64,000 bases of DNA from an uncultured Planctomycetales bacterium (GCA_964474085.1 CAYYRJ010000014.1:603-64602); one strand, 5' to 3'. Counted from the stretch's first letter, positions 1 to 15,000 are shown. Notes: a model not told the origin generated them from the sequence alone. A program made the numbers and translations.

Positions 1-10
1 TGTCTTAGGG

Positions 11-3000
11 ATGCAAGCAGCGTATGACCAATATTTAATAAAAAATCCTAAAACTGCAGTTGCTGTCAAGATAATTATTTCCCGCAAAGATGTTGACGAC
101 CAAACAGCAATTGAACAAACACAAAGATTAGAGATTTCCCAATCGGTTGAGTTGGCAAATCTTATCCAAGAGCATATTCATGTTCTGGAACGTGCTCCAG
201 TGCCAGCAAGGGAAGTTATTCATACGCTGAATGTTTTCTTGCAAAATATTGATTTGCTTTCACAGTTTACGCCAAGTTTGCGGGACTTGCCGGCCAGGTC
301 ACTTATTCGGGAAGTTTTGGCGCAGTTAAGATTTGTTTTGTCACGTGATCAATACACGGAACGTCACATGCTTTTGCTTATTGCAATTATTGAAAATAAT
401 AAAATAAGCCGAGAAATAGTTTTGCAGGCTAAAAATGTTCTTGATGTTTTCTTGTATAGCGCGCCTGTTAAAGCCGTAGTTATTACTGAGAAGGTGACTA
501 AAAGAGTTGTTGAGGCGTTTACTAAACCTCAATTAAATAGAACGCGGCATATTATGTTTGCGGATGTTTTACAAACGATTTTTAGAGTACAAACTGAAAT
601 TATTCAGGCTGTTAACGAATGGTTAACGCAAGCGGTGGATGCAGCAGAAGAAATTAATAAAAGAGCTGTTGTTGGGATGAGCATTATTTTTGAAGATTTA
701 CTTCAATTGACTCCTGCAAATAATCAAGATCGCGTCCTTATGCGACTTTTGCATTTCTTAAGTATTAAAGCTCTTGAATCGGTCGTCTATCAGTTGATTG
801 GGACAGCATTGGTCAATAAGACCCTTAATTTCCCGGGTCAATTATCCGATGATTTTATACAAACATTGTTTGAAACATTTGAGAAAAAAGAAATAGACTC
901 TCGTGCTTTAGTTGTCATGTCTGCGATGATTGCGAATCTCGCCCAAAGAAAATCACAGGTTATTCTTGCGCGCCGAGAGGCTCTTGTCGAAAGAGCGCTT
1001 GTTCTTATCCCGACTTTGAACCATTGGGGCGCGTATATTTCTTTACTCAATATGGTTGAAGCTTTGGGCGTTAAAACAAATCATATACAACATGACCTTG
1101 ATCGGTACTATCCAAACGCGACAGAAAGGATACAGCAAGATTTTGTGGTTATGGTCAATCGGATCAATCGTGAGCACCCTGGGTTTATTAAGAAAATTAC
1201 CATGATCACGTCTTCGTTTACGAAATTTAATATGCACTTTGGTTCTGACTTTGATTTTATGCATGTTTGGCATCGTGCGGATGCAGATTCGGAAGAAATT
1301 GCTGTTGTTAGAGCAAAAATTTTAGATGCCATATTTAATATGGGTATTTCAACAGGCGTAACACAATGGGATGAGTTAACTTTAATTCAGGAAGGGTTAG
1401 CGCATCCCATACATATTCTTTCGTCCGTTGAAATTGTTGTTATTTATAAGAAAAAGAGCTTTGATTTAAGTAAACGTGGAGAGCTAGACCCGCGTGAAAA
1501 AATTGTCGTGCGTTCCAAATTGTTTGAACAGCAAAACAATTTGCCGATGAAGCTGATGCGCAGAATACATGGCGTTTGGGCGATTGCGACTTTGCATGGC
1601 CAGCAATTGTCGCCGCTTTTTGTTGATCGAGAAGATTTGGAAGATTTGCGTGATTTGCATCGCCAAGGGTTTATTTATTTGGACGAAATGATGCACAAAC
1701 TTACGCCTCGCTGGAGCGAGCCTAAGACGATTGAGTATCATGTTGTGACCGCCTCCAGCGCGCTGATATCTGCGCCGATCCAGTATTTTAAGAACAACAG
1801 GTTGGCCGACTTTGCGATGGAAGTATTTATGCCTTTATTTGAGAGCACAAGAAAGCATTACGGGGAGCTGTTGAAGAAAGAGCGCAACGTAAGTTTTATG
1901 AGTCAGCAGAGTATTGTTGCCGCAGAGGTTTACAGCATGAAGGTGGCCGAGGGATTGGTGTATTACTTTATCGCGCGTAGCGAAAATGAAGCTTTGTCAG
2001 ATATTTCTTTTGATCAGATAGTGCGCAAGTTGATAGGCCAAAAGAAATCTTTGCCGATGGATAAATTGTATAAGCTGGGCGATTGGATATTTGTAGCGAC
2101 GCATGAGAATATCAAAAAGGTTTCTGGTGATTACACGGATGATAATAATAGATCTGTTTTTGAGCCAGTCGTTTCGTATCTTCAAGATGCGTTTGCATCT
2201 ATCCACGGCCAAGTGATTAAATTCGTATCAGTGCCCAAAACTCCAGAGAGTGATGCCGGATCCTCCAGCTCGGCGGTGGCTTCTAGCCCGGTTAAGTATT
2301 TTGAGAACAGCAGGTTGGCCGACGCTGTAGGGACGTTGCCGAGGAATTTAGAGAGTGTGTCAATGCAAGTATTTATCCGGCTATCTGCCAGCACAAGAAA
2401 ATATTACGGGGAACTGCTGAATAAAGAGCACGACGTAAGGTTTATGAGTCAGCAGAGTATTGTTGCGGCAGAGGTCTACAGCATGAAGGTGGCAGAGGGA
2501 TTGGTGTATTACTTTATCGACAGCAGTGCGAATGAAACTTTATCAGATATTTCTTTCGATGGGGTGGTGCGCAAGTTGATTGGCCAAAGGAAAGTTTTAT
2601 CGACGGATAAAATGTATAAGTTGGGTAGCTGGATATTTGTAGCGACGCATGTGAATACTGAAAAGTTTGGTGGCGTTTACCCTGATGATAAAAACGGATC
2701 TGTTTTTCAACCAGTCGTTTCGTATCTTCAAGATGCGTTTGTATCTATCCACAACCGCGTGATTCAATTCGCATCAGTGCTGAAAACCTCAAAGAGTAAT
2801 ATCGGATCTTCTAGTTTGGTTGTGGCAACCAATGACTTGCAACATTCTCAAAGTGTAAGTTTCTCGTCGATTAACCTTGGATCCGGACGAAAGCCGGCGG
2901 AGGTTGTGCAGGCATTGGGCGCCTCCAGCGCGATTGGCAAGGCCAGTTCTCAAGTTGGGCAAGACAGACTTAATGTCAACTGGGAAATGGTGGTTTCGTA

Positions 3001-6000
3001 TCTGGAAGCGATCGGTCTAGATTTAGACGGCACGCTTTATCACAATGCAGAGTATAGCCAACAATGCAGGAGCCTTGGTTTGCAATTTATTGCGAAAGAG
3101 AAAAAGATCAGCTTGGATATAGCGCAAAGGCAGTTTTTGAAAGCCAGAAGCAAGATGGCTTTAGAAATCGGCCATCAGCCGGCGGCGATGTATGTCCTTC
3201 CCCAATTAGGGATATCAATCGCCGAGTGGGAAAAATATTATAATGAGCACATGTTCCCTGGGAAATATATTGTTCGTGATGAGCGTTTGCAGGAGTTATT
3301 AATCCAAGCGCGCAGTTACGGGCTTAAGATCTTTTTGTTGACCAATAATACACGCACCCAGACGATCCAGATTTTAGCGGCCTTGGGGATCATTGATCTT
3401 TTTGATTTGGTGATTACCCGCAGTGAATTGCACGCGCCTAAACCTAGTCCTCGCGCCTTTGAGGCTGCAATAGAAATATTAGGTGTTATGCCGAGACGTA
3501 CGATTTATCTGGGAGATAGTCATGATATGGATTGTTCCCCTGCCCTAAAGGGTGGTATGCGCGCATTATGGGCGCCGATGGAAAATGGAAATATCTATTT
3601 TGCTCTTGAACAAATTATTAAATGGATGGTCATAGAACATCGCAAGCGCCAAGAAGATCCTAATTGGCAGGGGCTTGTTATGGAAGATTTAAAAGAAGCG
3701 ATGTCTCAAAATCATTTTGCGTCGAGTCCCCGCGCCTCCAGCGCGGCAGTGGATTATGTCGAGTTGCGCGCAAAAGGATTATTGTCGGACCCCGTTGTGG
3801 TGACAGTGGTTTTTGCTAAGGGGCAGTTAAGGGTAAACACGGTTGATCGGATGCGGCAAGACCAAGAAGCTTTAGTGGCTGGCTTTAAACAACAATTAAC
3901 AGCATGGTTATCGAAGTTCTCCGGCGCTCCGCCTTTGCCGGAGAACATAACGTTGCAAATTTCACTTATTTCCTTAAGATCAGGTGAAGTTTTTAGAGTT
4001 ACCCCGCAGGGCTTACAAATTAATCAAGCTGTTATCAATCTTCCCAAAATTCTTTCACTTCATATTTTAAATTATATCTTTATAAGTTATTTGACCTCGG
4101 ACGACGATGCTTTTGCCGCTGACTTGCAGTCGTTTGAAGGGGGCTATGCGCAAGGGCAAGTTGCATTAAATGTCGTTGAATTTATCGAGGCTGCTAGACA
4201 GTATCGTCTTGTTTTATCGGAACGTTTTGAATCGGCTTTATTAAATTTAGCTGTCAAAAATTTGTATGGTCATCTTAGCGGGAAAGTGCGCGGGTTTATG
4301 TTTACGGATTCTCAAGGTCAACCGGGGATTTACGCCGGATTTCCAAATTTTCCAAATGAGTGGGGACGGGATACGCTTATCACCCTTTATGGGTTAATGA
4401 GTTTGGGCGAAAGGCAGTTGTGCCTTGAAATTATTCTTAAGTGGGCGCGTTTGGTTGATGTTCGTCGAAAAGATGGCCGATTGATGCCTAATGGAATGGG
4501 CAATTGGAATACGAGCGATGCGCCTTTATGGTTGATTTTAAATGTTGGCGAATATGTGCGCAGGTTTAAAAATAGTACAGTTTTGGATGTCCCAATGACA
4601 GCTGACGCTAAAACTTTACGTGATGTTCTTCGGGAGATTGTTTTGCGTTACGCGATGACCAAAAAGGAACTTTCTGCTAATGGTATCGACGAGAACGGCA
4701 TTCATAGTGATAAGGCAACGGGCTTTATCTGGTCACCTAAGCAGGCGACATGGATGGACACAGTTAATACGCACCGTCAAGGTTACCCGGTTGAAATTAC
4801 CGCCCTTTGGTATGGCGCGCTGCGGACGATGGCGGATATTGACAGTGAATATTCTAATCGCTACCAAGAACTTGCGCAGAAAGTAAAAGAAAACTTTTTA
4901 TCTTACTTTTGGAATGATTCAGAAGAATGTTTGTTTGATATTTTAGGTACCGCCCATGTTGATAAAGCCATGGATGCAGTCAAGGATCCAGCAGTTCGTC
5001 CGAACCAGATTTTTGCGGTTTGGACAGGATTAGTCGACGGGCAAAAGGCGGATGAAATTTTAAAGAAAATTTACAGTGAATTATTGCTCCCCGGGGCTTT
5101 GCGTAGTCTTGCTCGTCCGGTAAAAAGATATCGTAGTGATTTTGATGCGCCCAGATGGCCTTATGCCGAGTATCAACCGTTTTATGAGAGTCAACAACCG
5201 GTGGAAGTTCGTGATCGCGCTTACCATAATGGAACCGGCTGGGTGTGGTTATATCCATTTTTTTGGGTAACGGCTGTTAACAGCGAGGCGCGTTTGTCAT
5301 ATACGAATGTTGACGATGCCTTATGGACCATGGTCAATGATTTGACCCGCTTGAGTCATGACCGGGATGAAAACACTTTCGGCTCTCTTCCTGAGCTTGT
5401 TGATGCGACAGCGTCTATCCTCAAAGATGTTCATGGGACGGAGTATCTCTATGCGCATCCTAAAGGATGCCGTCAACAGGCCTGGAGCGTGGCTATTTCG
5501 CTTTGGGGATTAGCCCAATTGGCGCAAAAGTACGGGATCGTCCTTGAGGATATCGAATTTCGACAATTTGGTTCAACAATAAAATATGTTCGTATAAATC
5601 CTGCTGCCGGCGAGAATGTCGCGGTTGGCCCTTATGAAACAATTTCCGTTGATATTATAGTTGAAACAACCGGCCCAGCTTGCCGTGAAGAATTAAAAAT
5701 AGAACTTTTTACGAACATGGATCATCCTGACGTCTGGCAGGCGATCTCTATTGATCCATCGAAGATTAGTTTAGTTTCTCAGGGCATCATGGGGAATGTT
5801 TATCAGGCGCGGATATCTATTGCCCCTCGAAATATTGGGCCTTTTGCTTTGACGGCACGGGCTCAATTTATTTATCAAAATCAGCCGACATGGGTTGGCG
5901 GTGATGTTCTCGTGATGGTTTATCGTTTGCCCAAATGGCTTTTAGCGCAGCGCTATCACCCGAGTTATATTTTTATTCCCGACATCCTCAAGGAAGGATG

Positions 6001-9000
6001 CTCTTTGAATTGGACAGGTTTGTTGGATTATTTAAGAATGCAAAAACAAAAAACCGGTAAAAATGTATTTTTCTTATCGCCGTTTTTTCCGACGGCAGAT
6101 GAATCACCGTTTGCGGCCATTTCTGTTTATGCGTTGAATCCTTCACTCGTTGACTGGGCGGCGGTTGAAGATATCGGAGCTAATCCTTTCGAAAAATTTT
6201 ATTCTTTTCGCAAACTCGCAACGGCTGCAAGAAGAGAAGCCTTTGCGCGCTTAGCTGCACACGAAGAAGTTGAGCGCTACGCCAGTTTAGTGCAGCGCTC
6301 TATTCTTGAGGGACAAGATTTGGTTTATGGGAAGTCTTACGAAAATATTAGTTTATTGAATCGTCAGGACATCCATGAGTTTCTTATGTATGAACAATTT
6401 GTCGGTTTTGAGCAGCTGCATATTTTATTAATGGAAAACGGCATTCGTATTTTGGGAGATTTGCCATTTTTCCGTGCAATTAACGGAACGGATGTTTTTT
6501 ATAGAAAAGATTACTTTGCTCAACTTTCCGGCGAGATATTGAGTCCCGGGTTTAAGGACCCTTGCGGCGGCAATGAACAGATTTGGGGGGATTTGGCGGC
6601 ATGGGACGAGAGAAGGATCGAACAGATGCGTGACAACGGCGAGTTTGATCCGCGTATTTTACCGTTTATATTTTGGGACAGTGTTTTTGCTCAGGTTTTC
6701 GAAGATCCTATTCATAAAATATCTGGATGGCGGCTGGATGCATTTCACTTTTATGGTCGCGGCTCTTATGCCGAAAATGCCCAACGGATTGTTTGGTCGA
6801 CGAGACTTTGGGATGACGTCGCTTTGTATTTTCAGGAGCATGATCTTTTGGCCATGGTTGAACAATTAGGCGGGGATGGGCACGCTTATTTTCATCTTAA
6901 CGCGTTGGGGTATTTGCAAATTGCTTCTTTGTTAGACAGCGTCCCTTGGAAGACGGTCGAGGCTTTTTATGCCGAGCTGCTTAATGTTACCCGCGGAATG
7001 TCTTATACCGTTGTTGACACGCATGACACGGCTCGGTGGGCTGCTGAATATAGCGGTGATTTTAAAAGGCTTGGAGGCCTTAAAGACGTTAAGTCTTCAC
7101 TTGAATTGTTTGGTCCTGCATTTTTGGGGCTTTTACTTTTAGGCCCGCAAATGGAAGGAGTTTTATTAAGTTTAGGTGAAAAGGGAACATTGGCGCCCAT
7201 TAAGAGAGAAGAACGCCGGGGCGGAGTTGTGATCCGTTCTCTCTGGGGAACCAGCGAACTTGGAGAAGTTGATTTTTCTGATGTGGTACGCAAGTGCGTT
7301 GATATTCGAGAAGCGCATCCGGCCATCAGTCATTCTCGAATGATACCCGTGACGACAACAGATGCAAGCGTTAAGGCTTTTTTGAAAAAATGGGAGAATG
7401 ATATTCTTTTGATTATGGCGAATTTTAGCAGAGATCCTAAAGATATTACTGTTGTGCTTTCCCGTTTTCATTTGGGTTTGGAATTGCCAATTTTCTTTGG
7501 CCGGCCTGTTACAGTAAAAATAGAGGATCTTATTGATGATCATGGTAATTCGGTTGTCAATCTTGGTTTGCAGGATCGGATAAATTTTAATCCTCGTCTT
7601 CTTCCCGGAGAGTTCGCGGTTTTTTCTATTGAAAGTAAAATTGCTTCGGACAAAGCTTCTTCAACAGTTTTAGACAAAGAGTTATTGCAAGTTTTAGGGT
7701 ATCGAAAGCGGCATATTTTGATTGTCACCTCCGAGGCGGCGCCGTTTTCGCAAGTCGGAGGTGTCGCCGATGTTTTAGGGGAAGGCGCTCTTCCGTTGGC
7801 TTTAGCAACGCTGGGAAATGACGTTACGGTCGTGACGTATCTTTATAACGGCATTGATCAAGAGGAGCATGGCATTAAAAATACGAATCAGACGATAAGC
7901 GTGCAGATCGGTTCTCGCGAGGAAAAAATGGCGGTTTACAAAAAGGCGATAAAGGTTGGGCAGGGGAGCTTGACCTATTTCTTTTTGCGGCATCCTGTTT
8001 ATTCGTATAAAGCTTGTATTGAAGCTATTGAAATCCACCGGACGGTTGCTGAATACGATCGCTTTGTAAACGAAGGGGTCATCAGCCAAGGACTGGCAAG
8101 CGAAGATACGTATCAGTCTTTAATGACGAGAGTTAGAGAAATCGGATTTAGAAAACTCGATCAACTTGATCAGCGGCATCTGATTTCGCAAGAACAGTGG
8201 CCGACGATTTATCAGATTCATGGATATATGCATCAGCTGGCTTTAGAACAAGTGCTTGCTTTATCAAAGGGAGCGTTGGAAATCGGGATGGGTTTTGTGC
8301 AGACTGTTGACATTGTGCATGTGCATGATTGGTTGGTCGCCATGACTTTGATGCTTATGCGCCGGCATTCCCGTTATGAACAAGCTTATCACGGCAAGAG
8401 AAGTATTATGACGATTCATAATCTAGAACATCAAGGAAAATTCAATATTACCCTCTTTGATTTGCTGGGGATTAATCGTGATGCTTTGAGTTTAAGCGGA
8501 TTAAGAGACGGGGAACGGGCCATTGAGGCCGCGGAGTTTGAGGGAAATTTGAATTTGCTTAAGATCGGGTTAGTTTATGGTCTGATTAACACAGTCAGCC
8601 CAACATATGCTTTAGAAATTTTGACGCCTGAATTTGGAGAGCGGCTGGATGGGTTTTTGAAATACTTGTCGAGCATAAGAGGAAAGATTAGAGGGATTAT
8701 CAATGGTGTTGATTATAGTCTTTGGAGTCCGCATGTGGACAAGTATTTGGCGCAGCTTCAGGGCGATGGGCGCTATTCGCCTGAAAATATGTCTGGAAAA
8801 AAACTTGCGAAAGCAGCACTGCAGAAAGAATTTGGTTTGGCGCCCAGAGAAGATGTTTTTGTTTTAGGTGCGGTTTCACGCTTGGTTAATCAAAAGGGAT
8901 ATGATTTGGTTGTCGGGATTGATCCTAAATTTTTAACACAAGATATTCAGCTGGTCATCTTTGGAACTGGCGATGTTGGGATTCAGGAAAAATTACAGCG

Positions 9001-12000
9001 TCTGATGGCCGCTTATCCGGGCAAGGTCAGTGTCAAGTTTGGATTTGACAGCCGGATCGCGCATTTGATTATGGGCGGATCAGATGCGTTTCTTATGCCT
9101 TCGTATTATGAGCCTTGCGGCTTGACCCAGCTTTATAGTAAGCGTTATGGGACACCGCCGGTCGTTCATCGCACGGGTGGGTTGGCGGATACGGTTAAAG
9201 ATGAGCAGACGGGATTTGCTTTTGAACAATACTCAACGCAGGCGATGCAAGGCTCAGTATCGCGTGCGCTTGAAATTTATTATCACGACAAAGATCGCTG
9301 GAACCAGATGATGCGTCGTATCATGGCAGAAGATTTTTCATGGAATCGGGCAGCGGAAGAATATGTGCAGTTGTATGAAGAAGCTTTAAGCGCATCCTCT
9401 AACATTATCGTTGAGATTGACGCGCGTGCGCTGGGGATGCGGCTTTCGCAAGTTTCGGATGAGTATTTGGATTGGCTTAAAAGTTTAGGTTTTAATGCGG
9501 TTTGGATTAAAGGAATATGGCAGCGAAGCCCATTTTCACAGGAAGCGATGACGCATTGGGGAAATCATCACCATGAAACTTTGCGTCGTTGGCATTCGGC
9601 GTTTGATGTGTATCGTTATGCGCCGGATCCCAACGTCGCTGCTGACGAGGACGAGGTTATTGCGTTTGCCCAAAGGCTTAAAGATCGCGGCATGATTTTG
9701 ATTCTTGATTTTGTGACCAATCACATTGCCATGGATTCACCGGAAATTTTAAGAGTGGAAGGATTAGCTACAGTTTATAAAAGTGACAATGATTATATCC
9801 GAGCTGTTCGCCAAGAGTTTGAAACTTTGCGAGGAAAGTCTGATACGGAAATTCTCGATTTATTAAATGATCGTTGGCTTTGGCATTTTTATCGGCATCC
9901 GCTTAATCCTAAGATGATTGTTCGTCGAGCTAAAGAACATTCTTTGGGCCCAGCGATGACAAGTTTAGCTCAGATTATGCTCATCAATAAAGAAGCCCGC
10001 CAATTTATGATTAAAGAAGTTTTGGCAACGATTGCGCGTTTGACTTTAAACGGCGGCATGAGAGCGGATTTGGCGTATTTAGGGTTATGGCTGCATATCC
10101 GCAATACCTGGGGTTGGCATTTGTCCGACGAAGATATTCAGAAAAAGATGCCAAGAGAATTTTGGGATGAATTGATGCAGGCGGCTCATAAACAATATTC
10201 TGAAATGATTTTTTTGGGGGAAACTTATGAGGCCGATTGGCACATCGAATTTGAGCAGTGGAAAGGTCGGGCAGGCCGTTTGCAGGAATTTGGGGTCGCT
10301 ACATATAACAAAGTTATTCTCGATTTGCTGCAGAAGGGTGATATAGCCAAGCTGCGCGGATATGTTTTTATCGATGCCCCGAGGGAGTTTATAAGAAATA
10401 GTGTTGTGTTTACACAGAATCATGATGAGTTGCCGGCGCTGGATGCTTTCGGAAGTCTTGATCGGACTTTGGCCGCAGCGGTTATCTCTTTTTTGGTTGG
10501 CAGCGAGTATGTCCTTCTTCCTTTGGCACAAATTTTGGGAATGCGCAGACCACAAGGCGTTAATATTGAGATGAAATCCCCCGATGCGGGTATTTATGAA
10601 TTTTATTATCCATCACGGGAAGATGCTGACCAAAGAGTTTTAACGGCCTTTGAAGAAATTTTACCTGTCTTGACTCGATTGATATTAAGAGGCAGGTCTT
10701 ATAGTGCAAGATTAATTAATCCAACGCAAGATCAGTTGGGTGGACTTTTCCCAGTGGTTTTTCATAATGACGCTGAGGATGCTTTTGCTATTGTCAATTA
10801 TTCTGATCAAGGGAGAAATGTCGTCGCCGACATAATGGATATGGATTATCCGTCCAATCCTCAGCAGACGATCAGTGGTTTTGATAAAGATAATATTGAA
10901 ATTTTAAAGTCCACCGGTGTTCAAGTTGTCATTCAAGGCAATTTGGTTTATCTGGAGCTTCCTCCGTATGGGTACGCGAGCGTTGTGTTTCATAAATCGC
11001 CGGTTCTCAGCGGAGCCTCTTCGAGTCTCATAAATCTTTATGACCAGGACATTGAATTTGGGCTTAAGAGTGGGCGTTTGTTTGAGGTGGAATTGATTCC
11101 GGATTTCTTTTCGCATCGTGACCAATATTATGAAGACGAAATTATTACTGCTGGGCTTTCTTACGAAAATTCACGAGATTTGTCACCGATAGCCGTTATT
11201 TTGTTGCAGTATATTCTTAATCTTTTTGTTGGAGAGAATGAAACACCGCGTCTTTTAGAAACCGGCTTGGGTGCAGGTTTTGGTGTTTCGCAGATGCGAA
11301 ATATTGCTCGTCGGATGTCGATTCCTGTCAATATCGAGGCCGGCGGTTTAACGCCGATTGCACCACGCTATCTTTGGGCAGAAGGGATGTCAATAAGTGC
11401 TCTTAAAAAGTTGATTTATCAATATGTGAAAGATCATCCCAACAGCTCTCTGCCGGGATTAGAAGAATATAGGACAAATGTCAAGCAAAGGCTAATAACG
11501 CAATATTTGTTTGATCAACAAATTACAGATGTCTCTTTAATGCGGCTTCACGAATATGCTTGGCGTTTTAATCATGAATCAGAAGAATTTGCCGATGCTT
11601 TGAATATTCCTTTAGAAGAAGAAATCGTCAACGCGGCAATCAAATGTTTAACGATCAATGTCCCCTTGGCGCTGGCGATTGCTTTACAGCAACAAGGATA
11701 TAAAGTATTTGAATTTGTAGACGATAATTCTATTCCAAGACAAATTATCGGAAGATTTACAATCGCTTCGTCTAAGATGACAGCCGGTCAACATTTTATC
11801 CATGACAGTCTCGGCGGAGTTTATTACACCTTTAACCATGCTCGTTCACGGCAAGAAATTAAAGAGACTTGGGTTGCTCTAAGAAGGTTATTGCATCCCC
11901 AGGGGATTCTGATGTTTTCAGCCTGTTATTACATTGGGCACATTATTGAAACAGCGCCGCAAGATTTCTTTGCCGTGGCAATGGTTGACGAGCAAAAGAA

Positions 12001-15000
12001 TTCGACATTATTCTTTTTTAAAGTCAGTCGTCACTATCAGCGTGCGATGGATATTTTAAGCGCAATTAAACACAGCCGGCAAGAAAATATTGTCAAGTTA
12101 TCCGGCGGCGAAATTGATATTTTCTTAGATCGTTTTACAGCCAGCTCGTTGCTATCTTCCCTAAATATTAAATGGTACACATTGCCCAATGGCGAGAAGG
12201 TCCCCGTCGATATGGATGAAACGATTTCGAATGAAGCGAAGAAAATAAGGGATTTTGTTTTGACGCTTAACTCGGCATTTCAGGACTTGTTGAAAGCTCA
12301 GGAATGGTATCCGAAGGTTTGTGTATTAGCGTCACTGATTTTAGCCCAACTCTTGTCGATAAAATTTGGAAATGATATTGAAACCGAATTTATCAATGGC
12401 TTATCAAGACTTGGGAACGACTCTCATGTTTGGTTAGAGATAACAGTGATTACGACCGGCGAAAGATTTTATATTAGTTTAACCGACGGACAATTTATTT
12501 CAGGCTTAAAAGGAACTATTGTGGATTATTCAACTATTGATTCTGTTGAAGAATTACGAGATCAATTGCCGTTATGGATTTTTGGCAAAGTATATTCTCA
12601 AGCCGGGTTTGATTTTGTGAGGTTTAAGCGTCTTGATGAGCATTTTTCACCTGCGCAATTTTATCATTCTATAAAGACTGTTTACATCCCGTTGGTACCT
12701 TTAACTCACCATTATATTATGCTGACGACTCAGCTACAAAACCGTATTAGCGACTGGCTTTCGCTCGGTGTAAGCCAAGATGTGCAATTAAGAATGCCGA
12801 CCAATAATTCGCGTTTAGAGAAAATTGTATATTTGGTTGAACTGTTGCAGGCGCAGAGCACTGCAAATAAACGCGTTGCCGCCTCGGCGGTAAACTCTTA
12901 TCAATATAAACCTGGAGTAAAGGTTACTGTTTGGGAGGCGAATTTAAATAATTATCAAACACATATTATCGTGGCAAAGAATTTAGCAGGACGTTTGTAC
13001 CCCGTTGATCGACGCAGTAATACGTTATATTGGCAAGAAGGGGAGTTTAAAACCAGATTAGATAAACAAGCTGTGCGTTCGCGGGTTCCTTTGATAGAAG
13101 AATTGATGAATGAATTTTTAAGAGAACATCCTGGCTCTGAGATTGAAACAGTAACGGGAAATGAAAATCTTTTTTATAATGCTCCGATCGTTACTTTGAT
13201 AGGCGATAAAATTTATTATGCAATAGGTGAAGATGTCCAAGCACGTAATTATCCAATGTATGTCGTTTGGCCGGATGGCCGTAATACGATTGAAGAAAAT
13301 GTCACATTTAGGTTTTTAGGCGAGGATAAACAGAGAGTTCGAGTCTATGTTGACGGGAATACCGCTTCGGTCAATTATGCCACAGTTGTGCAGTTGATAA
13401 AGAATGAGAAAGGTTTTGTTTATCCGAACCCTCAAAATGGTTTAGCGTATTTTTATGACGACATTAAACATTTGTTTTCTATGCCATTCTTTGGCTATGA
13501 GCATCATGGAGTCAGCGGGTTAATGAGTGATGGTATTTTCTTTATGGCGGACCAGTTTTTGACTGATAAAACGCGAATAAACCGCTATTTTGCTGAGCCT
13601 TTTACCAAGCAAGAATTTAATTTAACTGCGGCATTGATTGACCGTCGTGGTCGGGAACTTGAGGGAGGCTGGAAAATCGCTCCAGACTTGTTGCGTGATG
13701 GTCTTTCAAAATCAGGATATGTTCCAGATGACTTTGAAATTGATTCTGTTAGGAATGTGATTTCTATCCGTCTTAAGGAAAGCGTATATCCTTTTCATAT
13801 TGTTGGTGTTACTCAATCGGGTAAGGTTAAGGAGATTGTTGTTGAGGGGCTTTCTGGTCGTATAGGGGTAAGCATCCGAGAAGCGGCGAAGCTTTCTGAA
13901 AAAGAGGGATTGGTAAAAGCAGGGATTGTCGACCAGGGATTAACTGTCCGCTTGGATGTTGACGGAGAACCTATTGTTAAAAGTATGGTTGATGCTGCAG
14001 ACCCGCTTGGACCGCATGCGACTTCTTTAATTGTCTATGTGAAGAAAAATAATCAGATAAGATCTTCTATGGGTTTGGTGATCAAAAATCAAATTACTCG
14101 TCAAGGGTTCAGCGACTTATTGACGGACAGAAACGCCAGCGCGCCTGTGACCGGCCCGCCGGTAGAGAATTTTATTGCTTCTGCATCGAGCTTATCTTTA
14201 GCTGTCAGCTTCGGCAGCAAGCTTATGCCAACGTCAAGAAAAAGTATTAACTTAGAGCATTGGAGTGCTAGTTCGAGTGTTGATTTAGAATATGTTTTGA
14301 AACAAGGAGGAGTTGAGCTGATAGAAAATAAGACTGGAGTAGTTATTGTTGTGGCGACAGTTGAGGCTTATCAAAGGATTTATCAATCGGCGGGGATGAT
14401 TAAGTTAGGTGAAGAACAAAAGGAAACATTATCTTTTAGTAAATTTCTTACTGTCGATGAACTTCGAAGGGTTTTGTATGTGATTGTTCCGTTTTTAGGA
14501 AAAGAAAGTATATGGCGGGATCTGTTTTGGACAATGCGAAATGAACTTTCGGATTACTTCGCAAAAAATGGCCAGTGGCCACTCACGGTTTCTTTAATGA
14601 GTTTAGCCCAGCGCATTATGATTTTTGTTAATGGTTCAGATTTAGGGCTTCCGGGTGTTCATGACACGGTAGTTGTTAATTCTTTGCATCATTTTATAAA
14701 GTTTTACCGACAGTATGCACAAGGAGCCATTTATAATCCATCAGATAATATCCTCGGGTCTTCTTCTTACAGCCATACTAAACTTTTTAGTTGGATTTAT
14801 TTTGTAGAAAATAATGTGGTGCAGGGTTTGTTACGTCAAGGCCTAGAGAATATTTCGCTTCTGGATTTGGGATCGTCGTATGGCCATTCATTGTTAGTCA
14901 AACGTGTTATTTTGCAGGATGCGCCGGTACGGTATTTCGGAGTCGATATTCAGCCGGATTTGCTTGGAGCTTCTACTCGGTATGTGATGCAACAACAATA

